Shown here piece by piece: positions 40,244-53,755 of a stretch of 64,000 bases of DNA (positions are counted from its first letter, which is position 1; every line of letters begins with the position of its first letter). A model generated the notes under the pieces. It had not been told where the DNA came from, made no database searches, and saw only the letters and a list, made by a program, of their open reading frames with translations. The translations under genes were made by a program, and so were the position numbers. Source of the stretch: Mobula hypostoma (Eukaryota); the NCBI RefSeq assembly GCF_963921235.1, contig NC_086097.1, forward strand, positions 91,142,001 to 91,206,000, in the 5' to 3' direction.

Positions 40244-41073
40244 TTCAAGTTCAAGTTCAGGTTTAATCATAGTTCATTCACACACATGAATACAGCCAAA
40301 TGAAACAGTGATCCTCTAGGGCAAAGGTGCAAAACACAGAACCAGCTATCTCACATGGCACACAGCACATACAGCACATATAATTATGAGAGCACAAATT
40401 ACAAAAAAACCTAAAAAAAATAGCCCAAGTTCCTGAGTGTCATGGCCTGTAGATTGATCGTGCATGGATGTTGCCCTGGAGCAATGTCTCTGCAAGAATG
40501 GCCTGCAACAGTTCCTCTTATCGCACAATGCAGCCGCAGATGAACGCATCCAGTTTGCCTTCCACCAAGCAAATACTGGATGGCAGCACCCACACAGAAT
40601 GCAATGGCACACAGCCAGCTCCAGCATCTCCTTCTTCAACAGCCACAACAGGTGACCCCCAAGGCACGAGGGCCTGGTCCATGCCGCAACAGAGACCATG
40701 CAGCTCTCCTGCTGTCGTTCTCGCCAGTGAACCAGTGAATCAGACTCATAGTATTCTACATTACCAGTGTCCAACAGAGTGTTACAATAACAACAAAGAT
40801 GTCCAGGACAGTCACTCGGACAATCCATAGGATCACGCAGCACCTCTGCGCTCCAACTCTGGTGCCTTCTTCCCCACATGCATGAAGCAGACTGCAACAG
40901 GGTTCAACTGCACCACTATTCATCAACTCAGTAGTGAGGCAGACCTGCAGTACCGGATGTTCTTGATAGCCAGCAGTGTCTTGCGATCGAGATACAAGAT
41001 GCAAAGGACAAACAATTCCACCTTTGATTGGACCTAGAGAGACCACTGCATTTGTACATGCTGCCATCTTACC
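40244..41073 (-). mobile_element. Non-coding retroposon with GGTAAGATGGC 5' end and (tgaact)n tail
   Basis: Its 5' ~150 nt align by eye with 63805-63960; tail gttcaagttcaagttc on the + strand. Confidence 0.65.
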
Positions 41074-42845
41074 AGATATGATGTTTTTCCTTCTTTGCAG
41101 ATATATCATAAATTATTCATGATTAAGGTTCTTTGAAACTTTGAATTGAAATGCAGTGTCTTCTTTTAGCTTTGAAGAACTAATTGGAACACTGGCTATT
41201 TCTGTATGACAAAACTCAGTTCAACAGTTCTACTATAAAAATGACTTTACTCTCACAGCCTACGAGCAAAGTCTTAAAGATCAAAATGACTACAGGAATC
41301 AATAACAGAAGGACATAAACAGGATCTTAGGACCGTCTGATTAAATTTTCCCTTCTGACAAAGGAGGCCTCATCTGTCCATTAACATTATTTTAAAGAAA
41401 AGCTATGGAGTTCTCTCCTGTGCCCTGGCTAATATTTATCTCGCAACTAAAGTCAGATGAATTCGCCGTGATCCCTGCTGCATGTGGGAGCTTTCTGTGC
41501 CTGAATCAACCACTATGATTCCTGTTTTACTGAATAATAATTCTTCTTTTAAAGTTCAAAGTAAAATCTATTATTAGAGCACATACATGTCACCACATAC
41601 AACCTTGAGATTCTTCTTCTGTTTATTCTCTTCCTCTTGAATCCACAAAGAATATCAAAATATCTTCTTGGGCTTTTACTGGCTTCAATTTTCCTTTCAA
41701 CTGAGCAGGGCCTGGCAGCAAACTCACCACAACCTCTCGGTGTGGTCTGCCTGGTGAAATACTACAAAAGGTTGTCCATGGTGTTCTTGTCAACTGCATG
41801 TTGACCTCTGGGAGGAAGAGAGTGGGCCAGTATCCCAGATAACCTTGAAATGCACACTTGCCCGCCCAAGTTCTATTAAAATTACCCTTCATCTTTAGGC
41901 ACACAATCCATTTTGCAGTTCTTGATCTTTTTAATAATGAGGATGTCCGGTCCACACCATGAGAATTATTTCAGGCAACCGGGGTCAACTTTAATCTATA
42001 TCTGTATTACAGAAGTTTCCTTAGTGTACCTCTTAAGGACAAGAATCAGCCCGAGTGAGCAGCAGAGAAACCGGATCTAACCACACTTCATTCACCTATA
42101 TTGCTGAGAGAAGTGTAGCCAGCCAATGAGAGGAGTAAAAAAAGATTTAAATGGAAGAACTGAAAACAAGAGACTTGCTTAATATGAAGTTGAAGGAATG
42201 ATATAAAGTGGAGCCATACTGACATGTGATAATTTGATTGGTGTCAGTCTGACAACATAACCACAGTGACCAGAGGTAATTTTACAATGCTGTGTTCCAC
42301 CCCCACCCCCACATAATTCCTGATTTGCAGAGACACAGACAATGTTGAGATACTGTGAACCAGAGAGAGTATTGTTCAAGTCTAGACTCTGATAATTGCA
42401 GGCCAGATGGCTAAGGAGATGATGGCAACCAGCAAGAATTTGGAAACGTCAAACAGCAGGTATATTGTAGAAAAAGAGATGATCTATAACCATATAGTTG
42501 GCTATAAAATTAAAACAATGTCTGAAAAGTTTACAAAGAAAGGACTCTCATGAAATGATCGATAGCAATAACTCTGGAGGCCAATAAGTGTAGCAGAAGA
42601 CCCCAAGTTTCTTTCTCTCAAAGAGGAACTTGCTATATCGAACTCCAGCCAGTTCACCCTGAGTGAGTTATACCTGAAAAGACTAAATCAGTTTTGGATG
42701 TTGTGAATCTGCTAAAGAAGTTGTCTAACCAAAGGGTTAATGATTTTTTGATTGTATAGCAAACCTTTGAGTTGTTTGAACTAATCACTATTAATAAAGA
42801 ATTAGAGCTAATAGGCAAAGTCATTGTGTGCTGGGTTTGTTGCAT

Positions 42846-43109
42846 TTTCCTTCTCTTCTTAAGCCCATCACCCCTACTGGGGCGTAGGCTACTGATAACT
42901 GCTCACCAGAATCATCTGTCCTGGGCCAGCCTTTCAAGTTGTTCTCAGGTGTAGCCCATCTTCAAAGGTCTTTCCCCTCTCAGGGATGAGGTCTTTAGAA
43001 ATTCTGTTGCCGTTTCTCTAGCACTGGGTTTTAACGGGATGGGGTTGCTAGACCGATGCCCAATCTTCCTCTTTTTGCACCCAGGCTTGGGATCGTCCAT
43101 GGCGGATTT
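42846..43109 (-). mobile_element. Short bipartite RTE-derived retroposon with a 5' twister-like ribozyme
   Basis: 3' part translates MGYT*EQLERLAQDR*FW (RTE ORF C-terminus), with an (aag)n-like tail; degenerate TSD ggtttgttgcat/ggtctgaagcat (9 of 12). Confidence 0.75.
43060..43109 (-). ncRNA. Degenerate type P1 twister ribozyme motif (3' cleavage-product side)
   Basis: Minus strand AAAUCCGCC-AUGGA-CGAUCCCAAGCCUGG-GUGCAAAA-AGAGGAAGAUUGG versus recalled twister pattern U^AACUCCGCC...CCGGUCCCAAGCCCGG...GGAGGAGGGUUGG. Confidence 0.65.
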
Positions 43110-43699
43110 GGTCTGAAGCATGCACCATTTAATTTGCTTAGGTTGGCATCAGAGATCAGTCCATGACTTCTTGGGAAGTGGCACCTAGTTCCTCACACGA
43201 AGGTAACAATTTGGTGTTGAAACATAGAGGGTGATAAAGAAGTAAGGTGATTTGGAATTACCAAGATACTGGTAACAATTTCAGGATGTCTTGCAGTGTG
43301 GGGGCTGCATGATTAGCCATCCCACAGAGCAAAGGGAGAAAAAAGAATCACAATTCCAATATAATGGTCCCACATAGAGAAAGGGTGATCTACACCTTTC
43401 ATAGAATTGATACATTCCGAAGTATATTACAGCCAATTTAAAAAGCTTTGAAGGGGGTCACTGTAAACAGCCAATTGGTTTGCCAACTCTCTGAGACAGG
43501 AATGAAATAAATGGTCACAGTATTGGTAGTTGAAGAATTAATATTGTCCAGAATATTGGGAAGAACTTGCTATTTTTTCTTCAAAACAGTCCCATGGAAT
43601 TACTAATATCCACCTGAAATTGCAGCAAAGACTTTGGTTTAATGTCAAAGAAGCTACTATCAAAGTGCAGCACCCCCTCATTACTGTATAGGGGTTCAT

Positions 43700-44950
43700 T
43701 CAAGATTATGTTCGGTTTCTTAGGGGCACTAGACTATCATAAGGACGTAACTGTGCTGGAGAAGGTGAAGGTGCAGCAGAGATTCACTGTAATGTTGCAC
43801 TACATTGGAACACTTCAGTTGAAAGGAGAGATTGGATAGGCTGGGTTTGGGAAGTAAACTAGTGGAAAACTGGCCAATGGTAGGTTGCTAAAGAATGTCG
43901 ATGAATAGACAGATCCTGGGGTTCAAGTTCACACTTTCCAGAAGGTGGCAGCACAGGTAGAGAGGATGGTGAAGAAGGAATATAGTACTCATGCCTTTAT
44001 TTGTTGGGACCTACAGTAGTATATAGAAGTTAGAATTCATATTCCAACTTTACAAACCACTAGTTCGTCTGCACTTCACACAAAATGCTGGAGGAACTCA
44101 GTAGGCCAGGCAGCAACTAGGAGAAAATTACAGTTGACATTTTGGGCTGAAATCCTTCAGCAGGACTGCATTTTTAGTGTTGCTCAGATTTCTAGCATCT
44201 GCAGATTTTCTCTTGTTTGTGATTAGTCTGCGCTTACAATACTGTGTGCAGTCCAGGTCACTGTGCTGTAGAAAGGGAGTGGCTGTGCTAGACAGAGTAC
44301 AGAAGAGGTTCACCAGGGCTTTAGTTATGGGGAGAGATTTCATAGGCTGAGCTTGTTTCCCTGGAGCAAAGAAGGCTGAGAGGTTATCTCAAACACAAAA
44401 GATCTGGCAGATGTTAGAAATCCAAAGTAACACACACAAACTGCTGAAGGATCTCATCAGGTCAGGCAGCATCTATGGAGAGGAATAAAGAGACAACTCT
44501 ATGGACCCAGATGCTTTATCAGCTCTCAATTCTTTTTCCTAAATGCTGCCTGACCTATGGAGTTCCTCCAGCATTTTGTGAGGAGTTACCTGAGAGAAGA
44601 ATTTAAAATTATAAGAGGCCTAGATAGGGAAGGTAATCATACATTTTCCACATTTCAAGGGTATCAAAACAAAAGTAGGTAGGTTTAAGGTGAGAGGAAG
44701 GAGTTTTAAAGGGGAATTGAAAGTTAATTAGTTGGAATCTGGAATGTTTTGGTTGAACAGATAGTGGAAGCACATATTCTCACAATATTTAGGTAACATG
44801 AAGACAAGCACTTGAATTATCAAGACATAGAAAGATACAGAGACAATGAGGGTAAATGGGATTAGTAAGCAGTATTTATACATACTAATTGCAGTGAACA
44901 TAGAGGGCCGAAGGGCTTGTTTCTATTCTGAATATCTCAATGCTTCTGTG
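43700..44950 (+). mobile_element. Degenerate CR1 3' region with two mini-Penelope insertions (~44077-44220, ~44390-44580)
   Basis: KDVTVLEKVKVQQRFT and RKGVAVLDRVQKRFT motifs; Penelope terminal sequences. Confidence 0.7.
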
Positions 44951-47379
44951 ACTGTCATCAAACCAATGCAGGGCTGGCCTTTATAATGAAAAACTGTATG
45001 ACTCTAACTGATAAACTTCTGTATCCTTCTGAGGTAGAATGGAAGGGGTGAACACTGTCAATTTGCCATGCTGCCATCACAGAGCCTGGTCAACACTTCT
45101 GGCTCGAAAAGGCCTTGACATGCTTCCTAAATTATGTTGCTTGGAACATGGAGGCAATATTTCAGCCAAGTAATTTATAAAATTCTTCAATGCCTTGAGC
45201 ACCTCTCTTACATCTTCCCTTAATCATCTTTGTTCTATGATCAGCTTAATTGGTGCTGGGTCAAGGAGCTTCAATCCTGTGGATAATGACTCCAATAGTA
45301 GCTATCAACAAGTAGCTCCCATTTAAGAGAGCATCTTGTCTACAAAATCAGACAGCATTTGGCGGCAGTGCAGAACATCCCATTCCAATGGAATAAATCA
45401 TGTTACAGAATGAAGCCATCTGTCTTATCAGAATTAATAGGTTTTTAGGAATACTTTTCTTGAGGGGGAGATTATGTCTAGCATGCAGACGTAACATGCT
45501 GGTAATCATTGGCTAAACTCTTATTGTCTGTACAAGGACTGAGAATCAGCAGGCATCCTTTATACTCTGTCGTTTTCAAAAAATGCCAGTGTACTTTTAT
45601 TCCCATCAATAACCCTCAGTAACATTGGTTTGACAAGAAACATTTGCAAACTCAGCCAGCCTTAGGACTCTCTGAATCAAATTATTCGCTTTCTTTCGGA
45701 AGAGAGGTGACCTGTAACAAACAGCTATGTCCTTAAAAGTGGTTAATCTTCCGCTCCACAGTCTGGCAGTAACTGTTGCACTGATGAATATCACACATAC
45801 CTCATAAGGTGCTCAGTGACCTTTCATCTTTTTCCTGTTTCACCTTTCACCTTCTGTCAATCAATAGCATTGCTCATACAGCTTGGGGCTTCACATCTTG
45901 AGGAATGATCTACTGACCTAGCAGGTGAGGAGGTAATTCCTATGGCATTTAAGAAAGTTGGCTATGGCTGCTGCTGATGTCGTTTAGGGCATAGAAATAA
46001 AGATTGAGGCAGGGAATATAAAGATTGGGGTGGAGAATATAAAAGTTGGGATGCTATGTTTCAACTTTATAAGACACTGGTTTGACCACAATTAGATTAA
46101 CAGGTACAGTCCTTGTCACCATGCTTTAGGGATAATACAATTGTGCTGGAGAGATTTCAGATGACATTCACCAAATGCTGCCAGGATTGGAAGGTCTTTA
46201 ATGATGGGGAGAGATTATATAGGATCTGTATCTTTCTTAGCCACAGGTCAGGTATTGGAAGACCGTGTGATGGATATTCGCTTCCTGGGCAGTGAGACTC
46301 TTGCTCATATTTTGCTAAATACACTTTCTAAACACAACTGCTGCCATTGTAAAATCAAACATTAGTAAGTAAACTTCCAACTAATATTGCTCTGTTTAGT
46401 TTCTGGTCATAAATGGAAGATAATCTTCAGTTCTTAAAATGTAAATGGCAAGCAGTAATTAGCTTGGTTAAAAACACAGCTTTATAAACAAGCTCTGTAA
46501 TAGCAAACATTTTGTCAGTAGAAAGCAGATGCTAACTCATAACACTTGGTTTATTATTGCTCAAGAGATACAGTATAAGACAATGGGTTGTTTAATTTGG
46601 TTTGTTTCAAAACAGTCAAAGCTGACCAAGCTGCTTAGTTCAAGAAAGCTTGCAAACCAGATGGATTTAATGTATCAAATATTTGATGTGTTTATAGTTG
46701 GAAGGTTTCATGTACCCAAATAAGTTAGCTTTACAGCATTAGCTTGAAGATCTGTCTCCAAGGAGCTTTTAGACATTTTTCTATAAAGGGATATCTGAAG
46801 AAATATCATATGCGTGTCACCCAAATGGCAAGAAACAGTATGAATGTACAGTAGAGACCAGTTAAGGCTTATTAAGAATGGGGTAAGGACCATCAAGAAG
46901 CGTAAGAGAAACACGAGGTGAACTAGAGAATCCATCCCTCTGGCTTCAATTTCTGTGATGGAGGATTTGTTCGTCTGAATCATTGGTACGTATTTTTAGT
47001 TTGTCAGAATTGCACCTGTGTTTTGGAAATCCCTTGTGTTTTAGAAATAGTTTGGAAATATTTAAGCTAGAAATCCTTGCTGAGTTTTAAATGTGTTTTA
47101 AGAATGTTGATTGGATATAAACATGTATCACCGAAAATAAATAAATTGTGTTTTAAACTACTTTGTTAGCTGCAAGTGTCTTCTCCCTGCTCTCTGGACC
47201 CACCTCTCAAATAGTGGGTACTGGCATTTAAATTTGCCATGGAGAATAAACAGGGAAGTGAACAAGTCTTTGAAGATTGGATAGTTACAGTATAATCTCC
47301 ATTTAGTGAGAGTACTCATGGCTATTTGTATCAAATAGGGCTTAAGGTCTTCGTTTGAGTTTACAGTCAGTAAACCCAT

Positions 47380-48255
47380 ACATCACAAGAAGAAGGTGGG
47401 TAATTTTGTGCCTCTATTTAAGAATCCAGGGAATCACAAGCCAGGGAACTATAGGTGAAAGAGCCTAATGTAAATGGTGTTGAATGCTGGGGATTCTGAG
47501 GGACAGGACGTATTTGCATTTGGAAAGGCAAGGACCAATTAGGAATAGTCATCATGGCTTTGTACATGAGAAATTATGTCTCATGAATGTGATTACATTT
47601 TTCAAAGAGCTGACCTAGAAGATTTATGAGGGAGTGTAGCAGATATTACATACACAGATTTTACCAAGGCCTTTAATACATGATAGACTGGTCTAGAAAG
47701 TGAAATTACACTGGATCCAGGGGAGCCAATAAATTAGATACAAAATTGGCTGCTGGAGGGAGTCAAAAGATGGTAGTGGAGGGCTGTTTTTCAGCTTGGA
47801 GGCTTGTAACCAGAGATGTGCCACAGGAATAGGCAATGGGCCCTCTATTATATACAGGAATGCTTTGGATGAGAATGTAGGCGGCATAATAACCTTGTGG
47901 ATGACATCAAAATTGGTGGCGTGATGCACAGCAAAGAAAGTTGCCTAAAGTTACAACAGGAACTAGATGAATTGGGGAAGTGTGGTCCAAGCAGTGGCAA
48001 CTGGAAGTTAACTCTGAAAGGTGTGAACTGATTCATATTGGAATGTTAGACCAGGCCAGGACATAGACAGTGAATAACAGGGCCCTGGGGAGTGATGTTG
48101 AACAGCGAGAACTAGTGCTACAAGTACCTAGTTCCCTCTAAGTAATGACACAGGTAGACATGGTGGTGAAGAAGGTGTGTGACACACTTGCCTTTATCAT
48201 ATGGGGCATTGAGTATAGGAGTTGGAATGCCTTATTACAGCTGTATAAGTTGATT
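47380..48255 (+). mobile_element. Degenerate CR1 RT fragment
   Basis: PGNYR, SHHGFVHEKLCL, DFTKAF and VDDIKIGG motifs with frameshifts. Confidence 0.75.
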
Positions 48256-48644
48256 GACACAATGTGCTCTGCAATATCAGAACCCTATGCAGAGGAACGA
48301 CAGACACTGATGTGAGAGTTTATTGTTGGTAATTCCAACAGAATATCAGTGGCTCGGCCAAGCAACACCGTGAGAAATAACATTCTCAAAACAAAGGCCC
48401 TGTAATTAGCACTAATCAGGCATCCACTTAAATAATACAAATAACACAGAATCCTGAGCCTATCAAAATAAACAAGCATCAGTAGAAAGCACCAGGAGAT
48501 TGCATTACCAAGAGCGAGTCACTGGAGAACGACTGTCATTGAACAACAATTAACCAGTTCAAGTGCTCTATAAACCTTCGCGTCTAATGCTCTCCAGTAC
48601 CTCCAACAGGCCCGAAGAACTCACTACATCAATGATGAGAAGGT

Positions 48645-48925
48645 ACCTGGGTAGTGAGGATCTTTGATGATGGATGCTGCTTTTCTACGGCAATGTTTCA
48701 TGTTGATGTGCTCAATGTTAGGGAGGGTTTTATCTGTGATGTACTGGGCAGAGTCCACTGCCTTTTGTAGGATTTCCTGCTCAAAGGCACTGGTGCTCCC
48801 ATACCGGGCCATAATTCAGCCAGTCAGCACGCTTTACAGCACATATCTATAGAAGTTTGCCAAGGTTTTCAATGACGTGCCGAACCTTTGCAGGCTTCTG
48901 AGGAAGTAGAGCCACTGTCAGGCCT
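48645..48925 (-). mobile_element. Rex1/Babar fragment
   Basis: ORF 48624-48812 LQKAVDSAQYITD...KAASIIKDPHYPG; similar to 10980-11240. Confidence 0.8.
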
Positions 48926-49634
48926 CTACTGACTGTCTAGGGTGGTGCTGGAGACAGTTATGATATAGGCATTTAAACTTCTAAGTAAATTTTATTATCA
49001 AAGTACATACCTGTCACCATATACAACTCTGAGATTCATTTTCCTGCAGACATAATTAGCATAGACCATTTCCGTTTCTTCGTCAATCCCCTCCGAATCA
49101 CTTCAACAAATTCTATGTGTTTCTTGTGCTCAGAATTTGGTGTTTTTGCTTCTTAGAGGGATCTAGGTTGAAGCCCATCTTGGCAGAGTTGAGCACAGTA
49201 ATGACTGCTGGCACACCAGTGCCATGCCCAGTAAATACTGAACTGTCATATATGCCGGATTTCACATGGCATATTCATGGAAACCATCCTTCTTTCTACG
49301 AACTCTGTCTGCACTTCATTGCTGCCACGGTAAAGTAGTCAGCATAATCAAAAATCCCACCCTCTCAGGTATTGTCTCTTCTTCCATCTTGCACCCAGCA
49401 GAAGGTGCTAAAGACTGAAAGCACATTCCACCAGCTTTTGCCCTGCTACCCTGCTATTGAATGGTTCCCGAGGATAGTAAGATGGATTTGTGATCCCACA
49501 ATCTACCTCGTTATAATCTTGTACCTAATTGTTTGCCTGCACTGTACCTTCTCTGTAGCTTTTACACTTTATTCTGCATTGTTATTTATCTTATGCTACC
49601 TCAATGAACAGCACAATGATTTGATGTCTATCTG

Positions 49635-49711
49635 ACATTCCCAACCTGGCGGCCAGGGACCACCTGGTTAATGGTAGGGGTCCATGGCATGAAAAAGGTT
49701 GGGAACCCCTA
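49635..49711. mobile_element. Tiny hAT-like MITE
   Basis: Inverted ends ttcccaacct...aggttgggaa around ~55 bp. Confidence 0.5.
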
Positions 49712-50856
49712 GTCAATATGAACAGTATACAAGACAAGCTTTTTCACTGTATCTTGGTGCATGTGACAATACAAAACTAATACAATACAGTATAATACAT
49801 TAAGCTGTGGTACTGCATGCTTGCTCAGATGATATAAGGGATCCCATGGCAATATCTGTTGGAGAACTATCCTGGAAACCTGGCAACTGTTTGTTATTCA
49901 ACCAATCTTTCTAGAAAGACAGATTATTTGCATATTAGCTCACTGCTGTTTGTAGGACATTCTTGCTGTGGTTCCTACGAGACAACAATAACAACTGTTA
50001 CATACCTCATGGAGATCTTGTGACTTTCTTGTGAGAATGATGTAATGGTCTTTTGGAGGTCACCCGATGTAATTTTCCCACTGATGTGAGCTCACGTGAT
50101 GACATGTTCACTACGGGTATAAAAGGGAAGACCCCTGATGACGCAGTTTAGTTTTCCAGTTCGAACGTCAATGAGATACTCTGCTCCGCTGCGTATTTGC
50201 ATTATGGAAGTACAGTGAACAGTGCCCTCCCAAAGCCCTTCTAAACCATCGTCTCAAGTGTCTGTTGAGCTCTCAGAACTTGTACCCAATGCAGGTCCAT
50301 TCAATCCCTGCCATCCAACCTTCTGAACTCTACAGTCCATCGCACCTTCCACGACACCAAATGCTCTTTCCAGGTGTTCAGAAATGTATTTTTACTTCTT
50401 TAAATGTTGTTTTGCATTGTCTAGAAACTCTAAAGCATACTCGTGTCTACTGGTGTACTGCCCCATGGTCTGTTTGGTCTTTAATCCTTCAGTGAGGCCC
50501 AAAATCCTGGATATGACCGAGGACCAGCGTCTTAAGTGCAATTGACCCAGAAATGAGATGCCTCACATCTTTGAGGAGTACAGGTAGAGCTATGGGTTTC
50601 CAAAGGCACAGTAAGCCTGGGCTATTGTGAGGGTGGAAGGCAGAAGAGTCATTCTAGGAGGCAGGGACCTGCAGTTTTTGGAAATGATAAGCGGGTGGGT
50701 CTCAGTAGAGGTTTGAGGATCCGTGTACACAGAGAAGAAGAGACAATCTATTCAGAAGGGAATTGGGTACAACTGTTTGAAGAAAGGCATGTGATGGACT
50801 AGGATGCATCATGAGTCCTGGTGTGACAGATTCGCTATTAATGGACTTTGGAAGCC

Positions 50857-51240
50857 AAGGTGGTGTAGTGGTTAGCGTGGCACTATTACAGCTTGAGGCA
50901 TCAGGGTTCAGAATTCAATTCTGGCATCATAGAACATAGAACATAGAATAGTACAGCACAGTGCAGGCCCTTCAGCCTACAATGCTGTGCTGACCCTCAC
51001 ACCCTGCCTCCTATATAAACCCCCACCTTAAATTCTTCCATATACCTGTCTAGTAGTCTCTTAATTTTCTCCGAGCCTTCTGGTTTCCTCCCACACCCCA
51101 AAGACGTACTGGTTAGTGGAATAATTGATCATTGTAAATTGTCCTGTGAAGAGGCTAGGGTTAAATTGGGGCTTGCTGGATGGCGTGACCCAAACAGCCA
51201 AAAGGGCTTATTCCATGCTGTATCTCAGGAAATAAACAAA
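50857..51240 (+). mobile_element. tRNA-derived SINE interrupted by a CR1 tail (~50926-51070, minus)
   Basis: tggtgtagtggttagc A box; (catagaa)n CR1 tail inside; aataaa-rich end. Confidence 0.7.
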
Positions 51241-52411
51241 TAATTAAATAATTTGGGGGTTGCGGGTGAGGCTGGAAAATGGTTGAGACACTGTGGTGCT
51301 GAGGAGAATGAATAATGGAGGTTAATAATTCCCCAAGTTCCCAGCGGTGCCAAATAATTCAAAGTTACAAGGTCCAGGCTTTCCAAAAGCAGTACTGCAA
51401 AGGGAGCAAGACTACCCTTGTGCTTCAACAATGCAAAGTGACTCACACTGAGAAGAGTCAGAGTAAATCAAAACTATGGAATGAGAGAGGCTGGTTTTAA
51501 AACAGGGAGTGGTGGCGCATGGAACACACTGCCTAGGAATGTGGTAGAGGCAGATTCATTGGGGGCATTTAGGAAGATCTTAGATGGGCACATGGGTGAA
51601 AGAATAATGTAGGAGTATGTGAGAGGGAAGGGTTAAATAGATCTTGGAGTAGGTTAAAAGGTTGGCACAACATCATGGGCTGAATGGCTTGAGCTGTGTT
51701 GTAATGTTCTATGTAAAAGGCATAAAGAAGACTCTGCCACCCAAAAGTAAAACCTCCTGTTTTTGACCAGGGACATACATTATCAAATGATTTGAAGAAT
51801 GAGCTACAGATAATTCTGAAGACCACAGAGATGAAGGGATATGGTGGGAAAGCAGGAGCAGGGTACTGAATTTGGAGGATGGCATTGTGTGGTGAAGGAG
51901 GCACAAGGAACTCAATGGTCCATCATACTCTTATCTTCCATATAATTACAAGGTATGGGGAGCCCAACAATCAGTCCAGATAGGGTGGTCATATGATAAA
52001 TAAATGAGATCTGCAGATTGTATCTTTGGCACACCTCATCATACCATGAACCAGACAATTAACAGTCTGGTCTCTAAACAAACTTGACCATGACATCTCA
52101 GAGATAAAATCACTCTCCTCAAGAGTATGGAATAAATTAACTACCCTCAGACTGGATTGTAACTACTCTGCCGAGTCAGCCATTAGAAAGAAGTATCTAT
52201 ATAAAGGTTGTAAAAATCTTCCATTCTCAGATGTGATATGGTCAATTAAGCTTGCTTCTGCTTCTGTCTGGGAGAGATAGAGTTCTATACCAGCACAGCA
52301 TAAAGAACAGTGTAAACAACAGGAATTCTGCAGATGCTGGAAATTCAAGCAACACACATCAAAGTTGCTGGTGAACGCAGCAGGCCAAGCAGCATCTATA
52401 GGAAGAGGCGC

Positions 52412-52447
52412 AGTCGACGTTTCAGGCCAAGACCCTTCGTCAGGACT
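52412..52447 (-). ncRNA. Minimal type I hammerhead ribozyme motif
   Basis: AGUC-CUGACGA-AGG-GUCUUGG-CCU-GAAAC-GUC^GACU: intact core with stems I and II and a palindromic stem III. Confidence 0.75.
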
Positions 52448-53719
52448 AACTGAAGGAAGAGTGAGTAAGGGATTTGAAAGCTGGAGGGGGAGGGGGAGAT
52501 GCAAAATGATAGGAGAAGACAGGAGGGGGAGGGATAGAGCCGAGAGCTGGACAGGTGATAGGCAAAAGGGGATACGAGAGGATCATGGGACAGGAGGCCT
52601 AGGGAGAAAGACGGGGGGGGGTGACCCAGAGGATGGGCAAGAGGTATATTCAGAGGGACAGAGGGAGAAAAAGGAGAGTGAGAGAAAGAATGTGTGCATA
52701 AAAAGGAGTAACAGCTGGGGTACGAGGGGGAGGTGGGGCCTAGCGGAAGTTAGAGAAGTCAATGTTCATGCCATCAGGTTGGAGGCTACCCAGACGGAAT
52801 ATAAGGTGTTGTTCCTCCAACCTGAGTGTGGCTTCATCTTTACAGTAGAGGAGGCCATGGATAGACATGTCAGAATGGGAATGGGCTGTGGAATTAAAAT
52901 GTGTGGCCACTGGGAGATCCTGCTTTCTCTGGCGGACATATCGTAGGAATCGCTCCCTACACAACTCCCTTGTCCATTCGTCCCCCCCATCCCTCCCCAC
53001 TGATCTCCCTCCTGGCACTTATCCGTGTAAGCGGAACAAGTGCTACACATGCCCTTACACTTCCTCCCTTACCACCATTCAGGGCCCCAAACAGTCCTTC
53101 CAGGTGAGGCAACACTTCACCTGTGAGTCGGCTGGGGTGATATACTGCATCCGGTGCTCCCGATGTGGCCTTTTATATATTGGCGAGACCCGACGCAGAC
53201 TGGGAGACCGCTTTGCTGAACATCTACGCTCTGTCCGCCAGAGAAAGCAGGATCTCCCAGTGGCCACACATTTTAATTCCATGTCCCATTCCCATTCTGA
53301 CATGTCTATCCACGGCCTCCTCTACTGTAAAGATGAAGCCACATCAGATTGGAGGAACAACACCTTATATTCCGTCTGGGTAGCCTCCAACCTGATGGCA
53401 TGAACATCGACTTCTCTAACTTCCGTTAAGGCCCCACCTCCCCCCGTACCCCATCTGTTACTTATTTTTATGCACACATTCTTTTTCTCACTCTCCTTTT
53501 TCTCCCTCTGTGCCTCTGAATATACCTCTGCCCATCATCGGGTGCCCCTCCCTTGTCTTTCTTCCCAGACCTCCTGTCCCATGATCCTCTCGTATCCCCT
53601 TTTGCCTATCACCTGTCCAGCTCTCGGCTCTATCCCTCCCCCTCCTGTCTTCTCCTATCATTTTGGATCTCCCCCTCCCCCTCCAACTTTCAAATCCCTT
53701 ACTCACTCTTCCTTCAGTT

Positions 53720-53755
53720 AGTCCTGACGAAGGATCTCGGCCTGAAACGTCGACT
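53720..53755 (+). ncRNA. Minimal type I hammerhead ribozyme motif
   Basis: AGUC-CUGACGA-AGG-AUCUCGG-CCU-GAAAC-GUC^GACU; predicted cleavage after 53751. Confidence 0.75.

Noticed and set aside
40346..40897. 183-aa ORF
   Set aside because: Inside a non-coding retroposon; no domain-like motifs
50030..50200. Promoter-like cluster (CACGTG, TATAAAA, TGATGACG)
   Set aside because: Probably a partial LTR; no ends or downstream gene could be defined
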